32,785 bases of DNA from Tubiluchus corallicola (GCA_030141605.1 JAQGDQ010001604.1:1-32785); one strand, 5' to 3'; counted from the first letter of the stretch, positions 11,454 through 23,912 are shown. Made by a program: numbers and translations. Notes: generated from the sequence alone by a model not told the origin.

Positions 11454-13110
11454 CAATTTTAGTAAAATGTAATTTCTTCCAGTCGAGAACTTAAAAAATA
11501 TCATACGACTGCAAGTAATGCAATTACACACTCGCATTGTTTTTAATTCGCCCCTAGATGGCAGGTGAAATAATTGCTCAGTCACTATAGCAACACCAAC
11601 GTTAGCAATGACCTTTTCGGCAGTGTGACATAGCAGCTACGTGTCACAAACACCACGGCAACCTATTGTTCCAGCTAAACTGTGCTGTTTACTTCTTCCA
11701 TTTTGGACGCTCATTCTTCCACCAATGACACGAAGTCCACCAATTACGTCATAAATGTAAAGAGAATGGCAGCTACCACTGTGCATGAAAATTTCTGTAC
11801 AGCAGTAGTGCAAAGTACACTTTGTGCTTTATTGGCAGCTTTTATACAAATTTTTTGGTATATTTTTCTAAGTTTAAAAGTGATAACAATAAAATAAACC
11901 CAACATGCTAAGTGACTTGTCCTTTCCTTTAACGAACTATATGCACAGTACATGACACTATATGAATTACTCTTATTGCTTGTATACTGTAAGTAATGTA
12001 ATTATATATATGGAACATTGTTGACGCGTTGCATGCTTGTGGTAACACAAAAGAGTATCCCCCGTTGGTTAGTAATTAATTTTTAATTAGAATGGAATAC
12101 TTTATAATTAATGACATAGACATAGACAGAGAGGTCATTATTGGTCAGACTACACGTGGTAACCATGAAATTTTCTTTTATGCTTAAGAAACAATTAGCC
12201 ACAACAAGTTTTCCACTGTAATTAAATTCATCTGTACATATAAAGCTAAATATCACTACTAAAATGAAGATAAAAAATTGAAAAGTGTTTAAAGTGTTTA
12301 CCTACTACTGAATGCTTTGATTAAACTGGGAACAAATGAAAATTTAAATGGCACATATAATCTTACTTCGTGTGGTTGAAATTTTCCATGTCTGCCGTTG
12401 TATTAATATCTTTCATTGCATATCGTTACACAGAACAGCATGGTCACGAACGACATATTCATTATATTGAATGATTAATTAGTGAAATGTAACTCACATG
12501 AAAGTACCAGTGTGGCGGATCGATGGGGGAGGGGGGGTCGTTGATAAACTAACTTTATTAATATGTAAAATGTACCTGAATAATTTAGCGACACTTATAT
12601 TCATTCTACATTGCGTGCCAAATGGAGGTCACTTCTGTTCCATAGACCTAACGATTTTACTACTTGAATTTATGAATTTAATTAATAATTGATAATAGAT
12701 AATAGAATTTAGATAATAAATAGATTTAGCTAAGTTCGTTCGCATTTGCATGTAAATTTTTGTTGCATGGTGCTTGTCGTTTGATCGGGCAAAAATCAAT
12801 AAAAAAATTACTGTATATATATATTAATTTTAGTAAATTATAGTAATTTTTTATAATACATATAAATATAGTAATTTTAGTAATATATATGTATATTACT
12901 AAAATTACTTTATTGAGTATATTGATTGTGTATTAATGTTTTGTGTATAAAGTGATAATATTCCTATAACCGTTTTTTGTATATACGTGTTTGTGTGCAA
13001 TTAATTTTGTCTTTATTTTTATTAATTAGATTTTAGTTAAGGCTATTTTAATTTCACGGATTTTATGTATTGTATTTTTACATGGACTTCCTTCTCTGAA
13101 ACAAAATTAT

Positions 13111-13155
13111 AATCAATCAATCAATCAATCAATCAGTCAGTCAGTCAGTCAGTCA
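13111..13155. repeat. (AATC)n(AGTC)n compound microsatellite, possibly a retroposon tail
   Basis: Direct reading. Confidence 0.9.
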
Positions 13156-14366
13156 AGCTCACGAAAGGCCAAAATGCTAATGTATTGAACGATATTAGGT
13201 GCTTCAATTTTAAAAGAGTGACTACTGTAAAAAGCTAAATGCCTACTAAATAAACAAACAGGTGGCAGCACCGTGGCAGTAATTGAAAACTAAATAAAAA
13301 CCAAAAAAAGGGTCAATGCCCCCACTACAAATATATTGTAAATGTTGATTATCATGGAAGTTTCATCGAATTTTGGAAGAATGGGCGGAACTTAATACAT
13401 AAGTATCATTTAATACTTTTTTTGTATAAAACAGCAACCATACGGCCTTCTGTTAAAGGCGCAGGACTCCTTCTTGACCTTTTAGAGTCCCCGGACAGCA
13501 GACCAAAATGTGAATTTTTTTAAAAAAGTCCAAAACGCCATTAGAATGGCCTGAATGGTCACTTCTGAAAATTTGGCAATTGTGTCCTGGCCTCTATAAT
13601 AACAGTTGCTTATGCGTTCACACGATGTTTTCACTCTTTTACTCAATTTTTATTCTAAAGCTGTTTCTCAGTCGTTTTAATGAACGAATGAAATAATGAG
13701 TGTTATGAGCAAATTACCCAATTACCCATATAATTTGTTTTTTTATTTTTCCCACACGAGGGAGCCAAAAACTAAAAGGGACAAGTGGGCAATTGCGGGC
13801 AGATTTGACTGATTATTGCAGAGACTTACTTGTAATGTGGATAATGCAATTTTTATATGAGAAATTTAACTTCATGCTTCAGCCATAAACAGTGTGCGCT
13901 CTCTAGCCTAACGAAGTGAGTGCTTTTTGTAAATCTAAATTTATTTATTACATAGCAATTTTCTGTGTATTTTTTTGTTGAAATTTCTGTATTTTTGTTC
14001 AAATTGCATTACTGAAAATTTTATGTATTCTTTTGTTTTTTCTCCTTTAGAAAATGAAGACTGCAGTAAACACCTTAGGAAAGGAACTGTCGTGTTTTGC
14101 TGTGTTAACAATGAGCGAATCAGAATTTTGAATCTCCTAAAAATTCACAGTTTACATTTGCCAAAGAAAAATTACACTGTGTTAAAAACACATTTTCAAC
14201 TTGCCTTTACAAATACAGCATGGCTAAGAAGTTATAAAAGCAATTTCACTATCACTAAAAGATCATAGAAGCAATATTTCGTAAACCGATTCACAGATAT
14301 TTATAAGCAGATCTTGTCTGCCAAGAGCTCCTTTAAAACAACTGGCTTTCTGTTAGGCTCCTCTAA

Positions 14367-14983
14367 GGCCCATTTCACACGCGAGCCAAAATTGCCCCGT
14401 TGCCAGCTAGCTGAGGAATTTTGCCGCATCGTAGAAATACTGCATGTTCCATTTTCGTGAGGAATCCTCGCGGAATTCAGTCCTAAATTTAACTACTCAA
14501 TTACTTCTTACTTATTTAACGGACAACAATTAACACATTTCAGCATAAAATTATAAGATTTAGTCTCTCTTTTAGCAGACTGGCGATTTTATGTTTTATT
14601 AATGCAACGTCGATTGCTACATTCGTGAAAAAGAAAAATAACGCACGCATATATTTATTTTATATATGTATATTATTAGATTATGAAGTGGTTAGTAGAA
14701 CTTTACTAAAAAAATAAACAGGTCTGACATTACCTTGACTAACATTATTAATTCTACTTTCTATATGAGAAATACAGCAAGTATAACTTCATTTAGATAT
14801 GATTATACAGTACACAACTTGCAAAGTAACTGCAGCTAACTGGACGCGCGGTTTCACAGTGAAATGAAATTTCTTTGTTCCACGGGATTTCGAGAAAAAT
14901 CGGAAATTTTCGAAAAATGTTTCTGATTTTTGACAGCAATTCCGCGCGTTATTTTTCCTTGCGTCGTCGCTGTGAAATGGGCC
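14367..14983. mobile_element. PIF/Harbinger (Tourist-like) MITE
   Basis: Perfect 13-bp TIR GGCCCATTTCACA / TGTGAAATGGGCC with TAA TSD (14364-14366, 14984-14986). Confidence 0.9.
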
Positions 14984-15160
14984 TAACTGTATCTTTCGGC
15001 GCGCTCAGACTAGCGAGTTTTCTGCTGTGAGTTTCTCTCATACAGCAAACTCGAAGTGTGAACTGTTATGCGAGTTAATGTCGGCAAAAAAAATGCAAAC
15101 ACTAATCGAACACGCTGGTGAGTTACTTGGCGAGAAAACTTTTTACTGTGAACGCATCGT

Positions 15161-16285
15161 TGAGCTACGACTCCACGTGCACGTAATGCGTGATCTGTGA
15201 TCCATAATGCATGACGCGTATTGACTGTTTCCATGTGTCAATAAACGCTATGCGTATTTACAAAATTCACTGCACTCTTTCTACCATTTTTGATCGCTAT
15301 TCGTGAAAATTGCAAGCAATAATTTTTGGAAACCACGTCTCTGTTCAAATGTAAGCATGATAATTACAGCTGCAGCATTAGCTTATTGTTGTACTATTAG
15401 ACGGAAAAAAATCACAGGTTTTGGGTGCATAACATTTTGCAGGGGAGAGAACAATATCATCATTAATTTTAGTGAAAGAACTGCAGTTAGATGCACAACA
15501 CACAACTACATGCTTCTTCCACCTCTCAAAAACTCAAATAGGAAAAATATTATTGTTTATAGGACATAAATTAACCAAAACTCACCTAACTAGATTTTCA
15601 GTAATTTAAATAGCGAAAATGGTCACCGAAAACTTGAAAATTAGCTATAATCACACAGGCAACGGCGGTTTCCCGTCTGCGTATTGCTACGTGACGCGTA
15701 TGCGGACGATAGTGATCACATTCGATGAATACGAGTCACGCATCACGCATTACGTACATATGCAAACACGTTTACATGTTTAAATACAAACTGGTGTATA
15801 CGCATTACGGATCACGCATCACGTATTACGGATTACACATTACGTACACATGAAAACACTTCTACATGTTTAAATACAAAGTGTTGTATACGCATTACGG
15901 ATCGTGCTTCACGCATTACGGATCACGCATTAAGTACACATGAAAACACTTCTACATGTTGAAATGCAAAGTGTTGTATACGCATTACGGATCGTGCTTC
16001 ACGCATTACGGATTACGCATTACGTACACATGAAAACACTTTTACATGTTTAAATACAAAATGTTGTATATGCATTACGGACCATGCATCACGCATTACG
16101 GATTACGCATTACGTACATATGAAAACACTTTTACATGTTTAAATACAAAATGTTGTATATGCATTACGGATCATGCATCACGCATTACGGATTACGCAT
16201 TACGTACATATGAAAACACTTTTACATGTTTAAATACAAACTGGTGTATACGCATTGCGCATCACGCACAGGGAGTCGTACCTCA
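15161..16285. mobile_element. TIR-bounded non-autonomous element carrying a 90-bp minisatellite
   Basis: Inverted ends TGAG.TACGACTCC..GTGC (15161-15180 vs 16266-16285). The left subterminal CGTAATGCGTGATC is the reverse complement of the motif in the right-hand array. Confidence 0.7.
15740..16265. repeat. 90-bp tandem repeat, about 6 copies
   Basis: TGAAAACACT recurs at 15851, 15941, 16031, 16121, 16211 (variant at 15761). Internal CGCATTACG sub-repeats. Confidence 0.95.
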
Positions 16286-16316
16286 CTTCATTGCTACTCA
16301 AGCCAGAGTTAATCTT

Positions 16317-16670
16317 TTAACGTGCCACAACACGCATCTTAAAGGGTTTGGTTGCAAGAGTTATGCCTACAACCGCTTCCGCTTCCGGCATTGCGGAACC
16401 CTCGGGAAGCTGTAATTCGTAACGATGGAGAACGCAAGCGAAGAAGAGGAACGTTTCCATGCGAGCCAGAAGTTCTCCCAGGCATACTCGTGTTCCCCAG
16501 GAAAACGGGATGAACGCATCTGGACGATACACATTTCCCTCGGCTGTCAGGAATCTTTCTGGACGAAATTCTTCCGGGTTTTCCCAGTATTTAGGATCAC
16601 GATGAACTGCCCAGATATTCGGCATGATCACAGTTCGATTTGGTATTTTGTAACCACCTAGAGTTGTATC
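16317..16670 (-). CDS. CYP2: Cytochrome P450 (clan 2, CYP2-like), exon 6 of 6 with heme-binding region
   Basis: tattttag|GAT acceptor, phase 0. DTTLGGYKIP...FRPERF...FSWGTRVCLGE, stop TAA at 16319-16317. Confidence 0.95.
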   Translation of the reverse strand, partial: DTTLGGYKIPNRTVIMPNIWAVHRDPKYWENPEEFRPERFLTAEGNVYRPDAFIPFSWGTRVCLGELLARMETFLFFACVLHRYELQLPEGSAMPEAEAVVGITLATKPFKMRVVAR

Positions 16671-18433
16671 CTAAAATATAATTGAAGGAAGACAGGATGA
16701 TTTTTTATATAGTATCCCATTTTCAAGTCGGATAAAAAGTATACATCTTAACACAACTAATACTGCAAAAGCGTTTCTGATAATTAAATGATAGATTGAA
16801 AACTTAGTTAATGGCGGGCGAGCCCAACTACTCATGACATCACAAACGAACATAATTTTCAACAGCAAAAATATTCCATGAGCGCGTTGCATGTGTTTGT
16901 GAAAGAAAAATTGAAGTACAGTGCTACTGTAAGATATTCAGTTTGTTGTACTAAAACTAGGTACGTTTTAAGACAAAAATTCAAATTTCAAATTCATGCA
17001 TGAGCTGTCGAACGTGTGCAGTACGTAAAAAAGTAACACATCTGAACTGAGAGGTACAGCACCTGTTTTTTGTGCAACGCGTTTCCGAAATGCAGGCGCT
17101 AGTGCCCGTCTAACCTGCGAATGGTGAAATGCGCGTAACAGTGAAAGAACTAGTGGCACGAACGTGAAATTGTGGTTGTGTGGTAATAATTTGTGTGGTA
17201 AAATAACTTAAATAACAGCGGACGAGCCCAAACATAACAAGATAATGGTGTTGAAGTTTTATACCACTTATATGCTGCATTACTGCGTGCAGAGCTTGCG
17301 TTTGCAGTAACGCCAAATAAAAGTTGTAAATTTAAATTCCCCATTGACTGCTAATCGAGGCCATTTTAATGATAAGTCACTTGAATCCAGTTTAGATCAG
17401 AGCATTCGTAGCATAAAAGCAAATCAAAATTGAATGAGATTAAATTTAATAAATTTTACAAAGTACTAGGTAACATAAAGCACACTTTTTATGGCATAAT
17501 TGACACAAGCGATCTACACTTGTGAAATTTGAAGATGTAACTGCAATATGCATAACGACACTTATTTATTGGAAGGTGCTGCCCTCTACAAGGAGAGTGG
17601 AGAGGAAAGGACAGGAGGAGAACAATGTTGGTTGCGTTTTTATTCACAGCAATGTTTTTTATCGTTTTTGTGTTATAGTTAACAACAGCATTTGGTTATT
17701 ACCAAATTTGTACCTTGAGAGACTTTAAATCTTGACGAAGAGCCAACGATGTAAGTTACATGAATTTAAATAATTTAATTAAGTTTACGAATTCGATCTG
17801 TGAAATTTGTGAAAGTAATTTGACCAATAGACTGTCCTCTTCTTATTTATTAAGCTTCTGTTTATCATTCTATTTATTTTTCTTACTTGTTAATTTTCTC
17901 TTTATTATTCTCTTTAGAATAAACGACTTTGGAACATGAATGAAATAATGAAGGCTTTCTGTACGTAACAAAAGAGTTAAACAGACTTTTAAATTATCCA
18001 CGAATTTGATTAGTGCCCTTATAAAATACACTTTTAAAACTGCAACGTATTTATGTCCAACTTATATCACTCACTATTTTTTAAAAAATTTTCAGTTTAA
18101 TCCTATTCAAACTTTGAGAAAAATTCCGAAATTTTAGTAAATGATCACATGCTAGCATCTCTATTATTAATTGATAAAATTAAGGGTATAACAATCTCGT
18201 TTAGAAACCTCGATAATTAAATAATTAAATACGCATGGAGGAGAGGAATCCGACTGGTGGATGTGGAGGAGGAGAAGACGTATGAAGACAGAGACACCTG
18301 GAGAGACGTTATCAAGTGTTCGCCGGCTGACAGATGAAAATCTACCAGGAGGATGGTGAGAAGGTGAGAAGAAGGAAGAAATACGCATGAGTAAAACAAT
18401 TCGTTGTATTGCTTATGTATAGCTGATTATTGG

Positions 18434-18750
18434 TGTTTTAGGGATGGCAAAACTATGAAGAGTCTGATTATAAAACTCCACGTTTATTGAACATCAAACA
18501 CAATAAATATAACAAATAGTAATGCCAATCCCCCTGATCTAGCCTACTCTCCTTCAGCTCCCAGACTCAATCCCCTGAGCTGGGCGCATCACAAGGCTTA
18601 TCTATCGTGCGCCGAGCTTCGACACCTCGATTTTGAATCACTTACTCACGTGGCACCACTCCTTAACTGGCTTCATGCCAGCATTCATCAACATAATTAT
18701 CTATCATAATCTAATGCTTTTAACACAATTTAACAGGTCCTCTTTACTGA
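18434..18750. mobile_element. Dispersed repeat family C, copy 2 (in CYP intron 5)
   Basis: Similarity to 7638-8042. Confidence 0.55.
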
Positions 18751-18831
18751 TGAAAGTCATTAATTAGCTTTAGAAATTTATTATCTTTAAATGAAAAATG
18801 TGTAATTTAAGCATTTTAGTATTTTTCTTAC

Positions 18832-18981
18832 CACAACAGTTGCTCTTATAACGCTCAGAGGTACAACTGAACTAAGTCTGAGTATCTCTAGAATTGTGGC
18901 GTGGGTGTATGGCAGGTCTGGTTGATCCTTAGTGCTAGGAAGACGTCCTCTTCCAACAACATTGTCCAATTCCACTTGTAC
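18832..18981 (-). CDS. CYP2: Cytochrome P450 exon 5 (J/K helices)
   Basis: VQVELDNVVGRGRLPSTKDQPDLPYTHATILEILR (ExxR). aag|GTA acceptor, GTG|gtaaga donor, 150 nt, phase 0-0. Confidence 0.93.
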
Positions 18982-19109
18982 CTTTTGCAGAAAACCATAC
19001 TTCACTTCTTGATAAGTTGCACTTTATATTTCAACGTGTATTAAAAATTTTCAAGCCAATTACATTAAATCATAATTATGGCAGGTATAAAGGTGAAAAA
19101 TGGTGAAAA

Positions 19110-19586
19110 TGATGATGATGGTGATGGTTACAATGATCATGATAGTGATGATGATGATGACGACAACGATGATGATAACGATGATGATGATCAGAATGGT
19201 GGTGGTGGTGGTGATGATGATGATGGTGATAATGCTGTTGATGAAAGTGAAAAACGGTGTTGAAAATGATCATGATTGTGGTGGTGGTGATGATGATGAT
19301 GACGATGATGATCAAAATGGTGGTGCTGGTGGTGGTAGTGATGATGATGATGATTATGGTGGTGCTGGTGGTGGTAGTGATGATGACGATGATTATGGTG
19401 GTGGTTTTGGTGGTGGTGACGATGACGATGACAACGACAACGATGATGACGATGATGATCAGAATGGTGGTGCTGGTGGTGGTAGTGATGATGATGATGA
19501 TGATGATTATGGTGGTGGTGGTGATGGTGGTGATGATGACGATGACAAAGATAACGATGATGACGATGATGATGATGATAATGATA
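19110..19586. repeat. Compound (GAT/GGT/GAC)n trinucleotide array in CYP intron 4
   Basis: Direct reading. Recurrent GATCAGAATGGTGGT blocks indicate higher-order duplication. Confidence 0.93.
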
Positions 19587-19669
19587 AAGAGCACGATTCT
19601 CAATATCAAAAAGTTGGACAAAATTAATTGTTCATCATAAACGTGCTTGCAAATATCAGTCAGCCATAC

Positions 19670-19785
19670 CTTGCGTTGTATATGAGGATATCGAAGCATA
19701 TACAGGAATCCCCAGTTGAGAGTGTTAAATACAGTCTCATTACCAGCACCAAACACATCAGTTGAAAGGACTACTAGTTGTTTTA
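19670..19785 (-). CDS. CYP2: Cytochrome P450 exon 4 (I helix)
   Basis: KQLVVLSTDVFGAGNETVFNTLNWGFLYMLRYPHIQRK. ttttatag|TA acceptor (phase 1), AAG|gtatgg donor (phase 0). Confidence 0.93.
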
Positions 19786-19954
19786 CTATAAAAAAGACAT
19801 AACAATGCGTGAGACAAAATACGTTTATAATTATCGAGAAAATGGCAGAGTTGACAATTTAGGTAAACTTTACACTTGTAATTATTGATGCCAAAGGCTG
19901 CACTAGGTCATATGAAATGCAATTGTGTTCTAAAATGTGTAAAAAAAGACATCC

Positions 19955-20216
19955 AACGCGTTCTAACTAAAATCGTCACGTGACATGTGCATAAAGCAAA
20001 GCTGTCTGTCGCATTAGTTAAGTATTTTTTTGCTTTCGTGGACCTTAATAATGCATTAGTCAGTGCATAGAGTTATTTACTAGCAGGATCTTGCTTGGTA
20101 ACAAGAAAAAATGAGCTAGGTAAGATTCTAGCTAGCTGTTAAGCCTGTTACTATAACAGTAGCACGGGCTGCTAGGCATTGTAAAGTGTACACAAATGCG
20201 TTGTCTTGTAGGTCTA

Positions 20217-20290
<74 letters not shown>

Positions 20291-20559
20291 CCATTATCAT
20301 CATCCAATGAATCACACGTCCAGGGACATGATTCTGCTCACCTCCCTATGCCAGGACTCCCTGCTCGCCGCAATGCCCCAAGTGGATTTACTTCTAAGGA
20401 TCAATGCTGAAGTGTTTAAATCTTTCTGTGCAAAATCTAAATATGTTAACATTTGTCCTCCTGCAGGTTTTTTGGCTGGTTCTACGGCTTGTTGGTAGGC
20501 CTACACTTAACCTTTGACCTTTCCACGTTCGTCATCAATCGCTGGAACCGTGAAAAGGC
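19955..20559. mobile_element. MITE family A copy in CYP intron 3, interrupted by a LINE insertion
   Basis: 19955-20218 and 20495-20559 align collinearly with 5145-5460 and end in GGAACCGTGAAAAGGC. Left TIR not recognised. Confidence 0.8.
20219..20494 (-). mobile_element. 5'-truncated RTE-like LINE 3' end with (GAT)n tail
   Basis: Open 60-codon frame QQAVEPAKKPAGGQMLTYLDFAQKDLN...IAASRESWHREVSRIMSLDV* (stop 20314-20312) fits the RTE C-terminal pattern krp.G....w.d...DL...A.dR..W. (GAT)n tail 20303-20219. TSD GTAGG(T/C)CTACA at 20208-20218 and 20495-20505. Confidence 0.8.
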
Positions 20560-20600
20560 AACGAAACTGACAAACTTTGATAATAAAAGGAAGTTCTTAC

Positions 20601-20971
20601 GTGAGAAGTTTGTTGGCGTCTTTGACCGCCTCATTTCTTCCATGCGAATGAGATAAGCATCAATAAAGTCACGTGGGTTATCAGCGTCAAGCGTCTCCAA
20701 GTGTTCCTTTATCTCCGGTTCAAAGAAGTTGCTTCTGATGTATTCGCAATGTTCTCTAAATTTCTGATAGTTATTATTCCCAGGCATCCAGCGGAGAAAC
20801 GGCATGTAATTCACTGACGCTCCATTAGCTAAGGAGTGCGCCATCTCTCTCAGACTGTCTAGGAAGCTGATGAATTTCTGATCGTCGTGTCCAAATATCT
20901 TACCAAAAATGAGGCGTCCAACTACCACAGATGTGCTGACTGATATGTGCTCGTGTGGATCAAATCCATTC
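20601..20971 (-). CDS. CYP2: Cytochrome P450 exon 3
   Basis: NGFDPHEHISVSTSVVVGRLIFG...PFLRWMPG...EHLETLDADNPRDFIDAYL (CYP2 signature). ttcctgtag|G acceptor (phase 2), C|gtaaga donor (phase 1). Confidence 0.92.
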
Positions 20972-20997
20972 CTACAGGAAGAAATTTGCTTGTTACA

Positions 20998-21132
20998 CAA
21001 CAACAACAAGAGCAACAGGAACAGCAGCAGCAGCAACAGCAGCCGCAACAGCAACAGCAACAACAACAGCAGCAACAGTAGCAGCAGCAAGAGCAACAAC
21101 AGCAGCAGCAACATCAACAACAACAACAACAA

Positions 21133-21211
<79 letters not shown>

Positions 21212-21274
21212 CGCAACAGCAACAGCAACAGCAACAGCAACAACAACAGCAGCAACAGTAGCAGCAGCAAGAGC

Positions 21275-21308
<34 letters not shown>

Positions 21309-21326
21309 GCAGCAGCAACAGCAACA
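20998..21326. repeat. Compound (CAA/CAG)n array at the 3' end of CYP intron 2
   Basis: Direct reading. Internal duplicated block AGCCGCAAC...AGTAGCAGCAGCAAGAGC at ~21041 and ~21209. Confidence 0.95.
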
Positions 21327-22429
21327 AAGCACAAACAGATAAACGTTCCCAATAAGCTATTCTGGTGCAGAAAATGCTTGGCTTGGCTCAAGTTGCATTA
21401 ATTCATTAATCAATATTGTGTGATTTAAAGAAGCGTGAGCTTCTATTGCTTCCTTTCCTGTCAATTATCAGTTTAACTCAATTACTCTATCCAAATTATT
21501 TATATTTTCAGCAATAAAATAATCAGGATCGTCAAGAAAAAACAACAATACAAGCAAATTCTTTAATAAAACAAACACAACAAGTCAAAAAACGTAAAAA
21601 TTTAACAGAATAACAATGAATTTTAGGCACAAGAAAGCATTTAGTTGTGTTTTATGATTTATGTTAGCTGGGCTTCTTAAGAATGTTTAAAATTGCACTT
21701 GCATAACAAACAGGACTTTTTTTCCAAAATTTGCTATTTTAATTCGAAACAGAATCTTGACTTTTCATGTTGCTTTACAAACATAACTTAGTAAGCAGGC
21801 CTAATTTAAATCCTCTAGATTTTAGCAATATGGGATAACTTATCTCGCACAAAAAATTGAAGATGTTTCTGGCACTGAAATAAGTTTTGCTTCAAGAATG
21901 TGCAAGATTTCCCCTAAATGAGATTAATTCCGCTAATCTCAATCAAGAATTCCCAAAATGATCGAAATGAAAAGATTTTTTTAAGTCACTTATATAAGAA
22001 ATATCTAAAGTTGAGTTTCTTTTTCATTTGAAACAGTAAATTATAGAAACATTTCTTTTTCTTTATTATGGAGGTATTTTAAACATTACATTTTTAAAAG
22101 TTCAGCTAAAATAAAATACATAACTTCCAACTAAATTATTTCTTACGTATAAAATATGTATACACAGTGTTATACTGTTAAATTTTCATTTAAATTGACA
22201 TGCAATTCTTGCTTTATTAAAGAATGTGAAGGTATTGTTTTTTTACTGTACACATATGTAACAGCACTTTTAAAATGAAATGAAATAGCATCTTAAATGT
22301 GAAATGAGGTAAAAAACATTTTCTTTTCCATGAACCGCAAAAGCACATTTCTGACACTTTTAACATTAACGAACAGCAAATACAAGACAAAGCCGCCATC
22401 GATGTGAGTTCAGAAATACCTGAACATTC

Positions 22430-23300
22430 GTGATAACTTCTCGTTATGAACTTATGTTATTAGAGAGAGCTTTTGAATCTTATAACTCTTTCTGGACCAT
22501 ATCTTTTAAAATTGGTCTTATAAGACCCATAACTTTTCTGCTGCTGTATGACCCATTTTCAATCGTACGGAATTTGTGCTCGGAAGCGAACACACCAGGT
22601 GTACAACATGTGAAAGCTATCCTTCGTAAAACGGATATTATCTCTGACGACTTCGAGAACACAAAACAACATATCAGGGATTCCGAAAGAACTAAACTGT
22701 GCACCTATCTCTATCTGAATCCCGAACTATCTGTCAGTGCAATGTATAGCGTTAAAGTAAATGAGCTCCATAGGATTAAAACATCTCGGTTACGCCTCTC
22801 CTCACATAACCTAGCTATTGAGACTGGAAGATGGGCAAGAATAAAAAGAGAGGACAGGCTATGCTCCTGTTCTGGCTTAAACATTCAAACAGAAGAGCAT
22901 GTTATCTGTTTTTGTCCATTTACGAATCACCTTCGTGAAGATAACACTGAACGGAACTTCAACGATCTGCATGAATTTTTCAATGGAAACCCAAAGTCAT
23001 ATTGTGAATTTGTGAATAACTCTTTAGCGATTTTTGGGCAGTAATGATCATGTTATGTGATCAAAAGTGTTTATCGTGAATTGATAAATAGCCCTTGAGG
23101 TATTTTTGGACAGTAATTGGTCATGTTAGGCGATAATAAGTGTGTATTGAGAATTTGTAAATAATTCTTCAGTTATTTTTTGAAAGTAATGATCATGTTA
23201 CATGATCAAAAGTCCTTTTTTGTAGTGATCATGTTCGACTATCTCTTAACTAGTCAATAAACATATATATACATATATATAAAAATATATATGTATATAT
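22430..23300 (+). mobile_element. 5'-truncated non-LTR retrotransposon: ORF2 C-terminus with CCHC zinc knuckle (RTEX-like), 3' UTR and tail; antisense in CYP intron 2
   Basis: ORF 22430-23044 contains RLRLSSHNLAIETGRW...REDRLCSC....IQTEEHVICFCP. AATAAA at ~23256 is followed by a TA-rich tail. Confidence 0.85.
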
Positions 23301-23912
23301 GAGCACAGATATAACTAAATGATTACAAAACAGATAATGTCCTATTTTTATTCATGAGAATCTCGGTTATTTAATCACGCAATTTGTTTGAGCATGGTAC
23401 TTTTTCAGGCTCTCCAACCTAGCCAATCCAGTAGCATAGTCTGGTGTGCACTTGCGTGATCGTACACATTCTTTTATTGATCGCCTGCTTATTACAGACC
23501 AAGAGAAATGCCTGCTATGCGAAGTTCATAGGTAGTTTCATCTTTTAACAGGAATATCTCCTTAAAAATAGAGTAGACTTGAGGCCAAAGTGTATCAGAG
23601 TGTCGTGTCTGCACAGTCGAAATTTTCTGCGTTAGCTGATTTAACACAAGTGATACTGTACTTTGTTACGGTGCAAACACTGCAGTTAGTGAAAGTTTTT
23701 AACATTTTTGATTTGTCTAAGGTAAGCAAATCCATTTCATGTATAATTTTGCATAAAAAAAACATTGTGCGAGGAGTAGAAACCTACAAAAATGATCACT
23801 ACTTAGTAAGAGCAGTTTTTCATGAACCCAGGCAAAATGCAACAAACCCTTATGGTCCTGAAAGAGTTAACCAGAATTATTAAAAGCAGTGATACGGAAA
23901 TAAGAAACTTTC

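Noticed and set aside
13453-14336. Possible Kolobok-like element (TTAAAGG...CCTTTAA)
   Set aside because: The inverted match beyond AGG is too weak to support.
19076-19669. Poly-Ile/Thr/His/Asp/Met ORFs
   Set aside because: Translations of an intronic trinucleotide array beyond the exon 4 donor.
20972-21401. Poly-Leu/Cys/Asn/Thr ORFs
   Set aside because: Microsatellite read-through upstream of the exon 3 acceptor.
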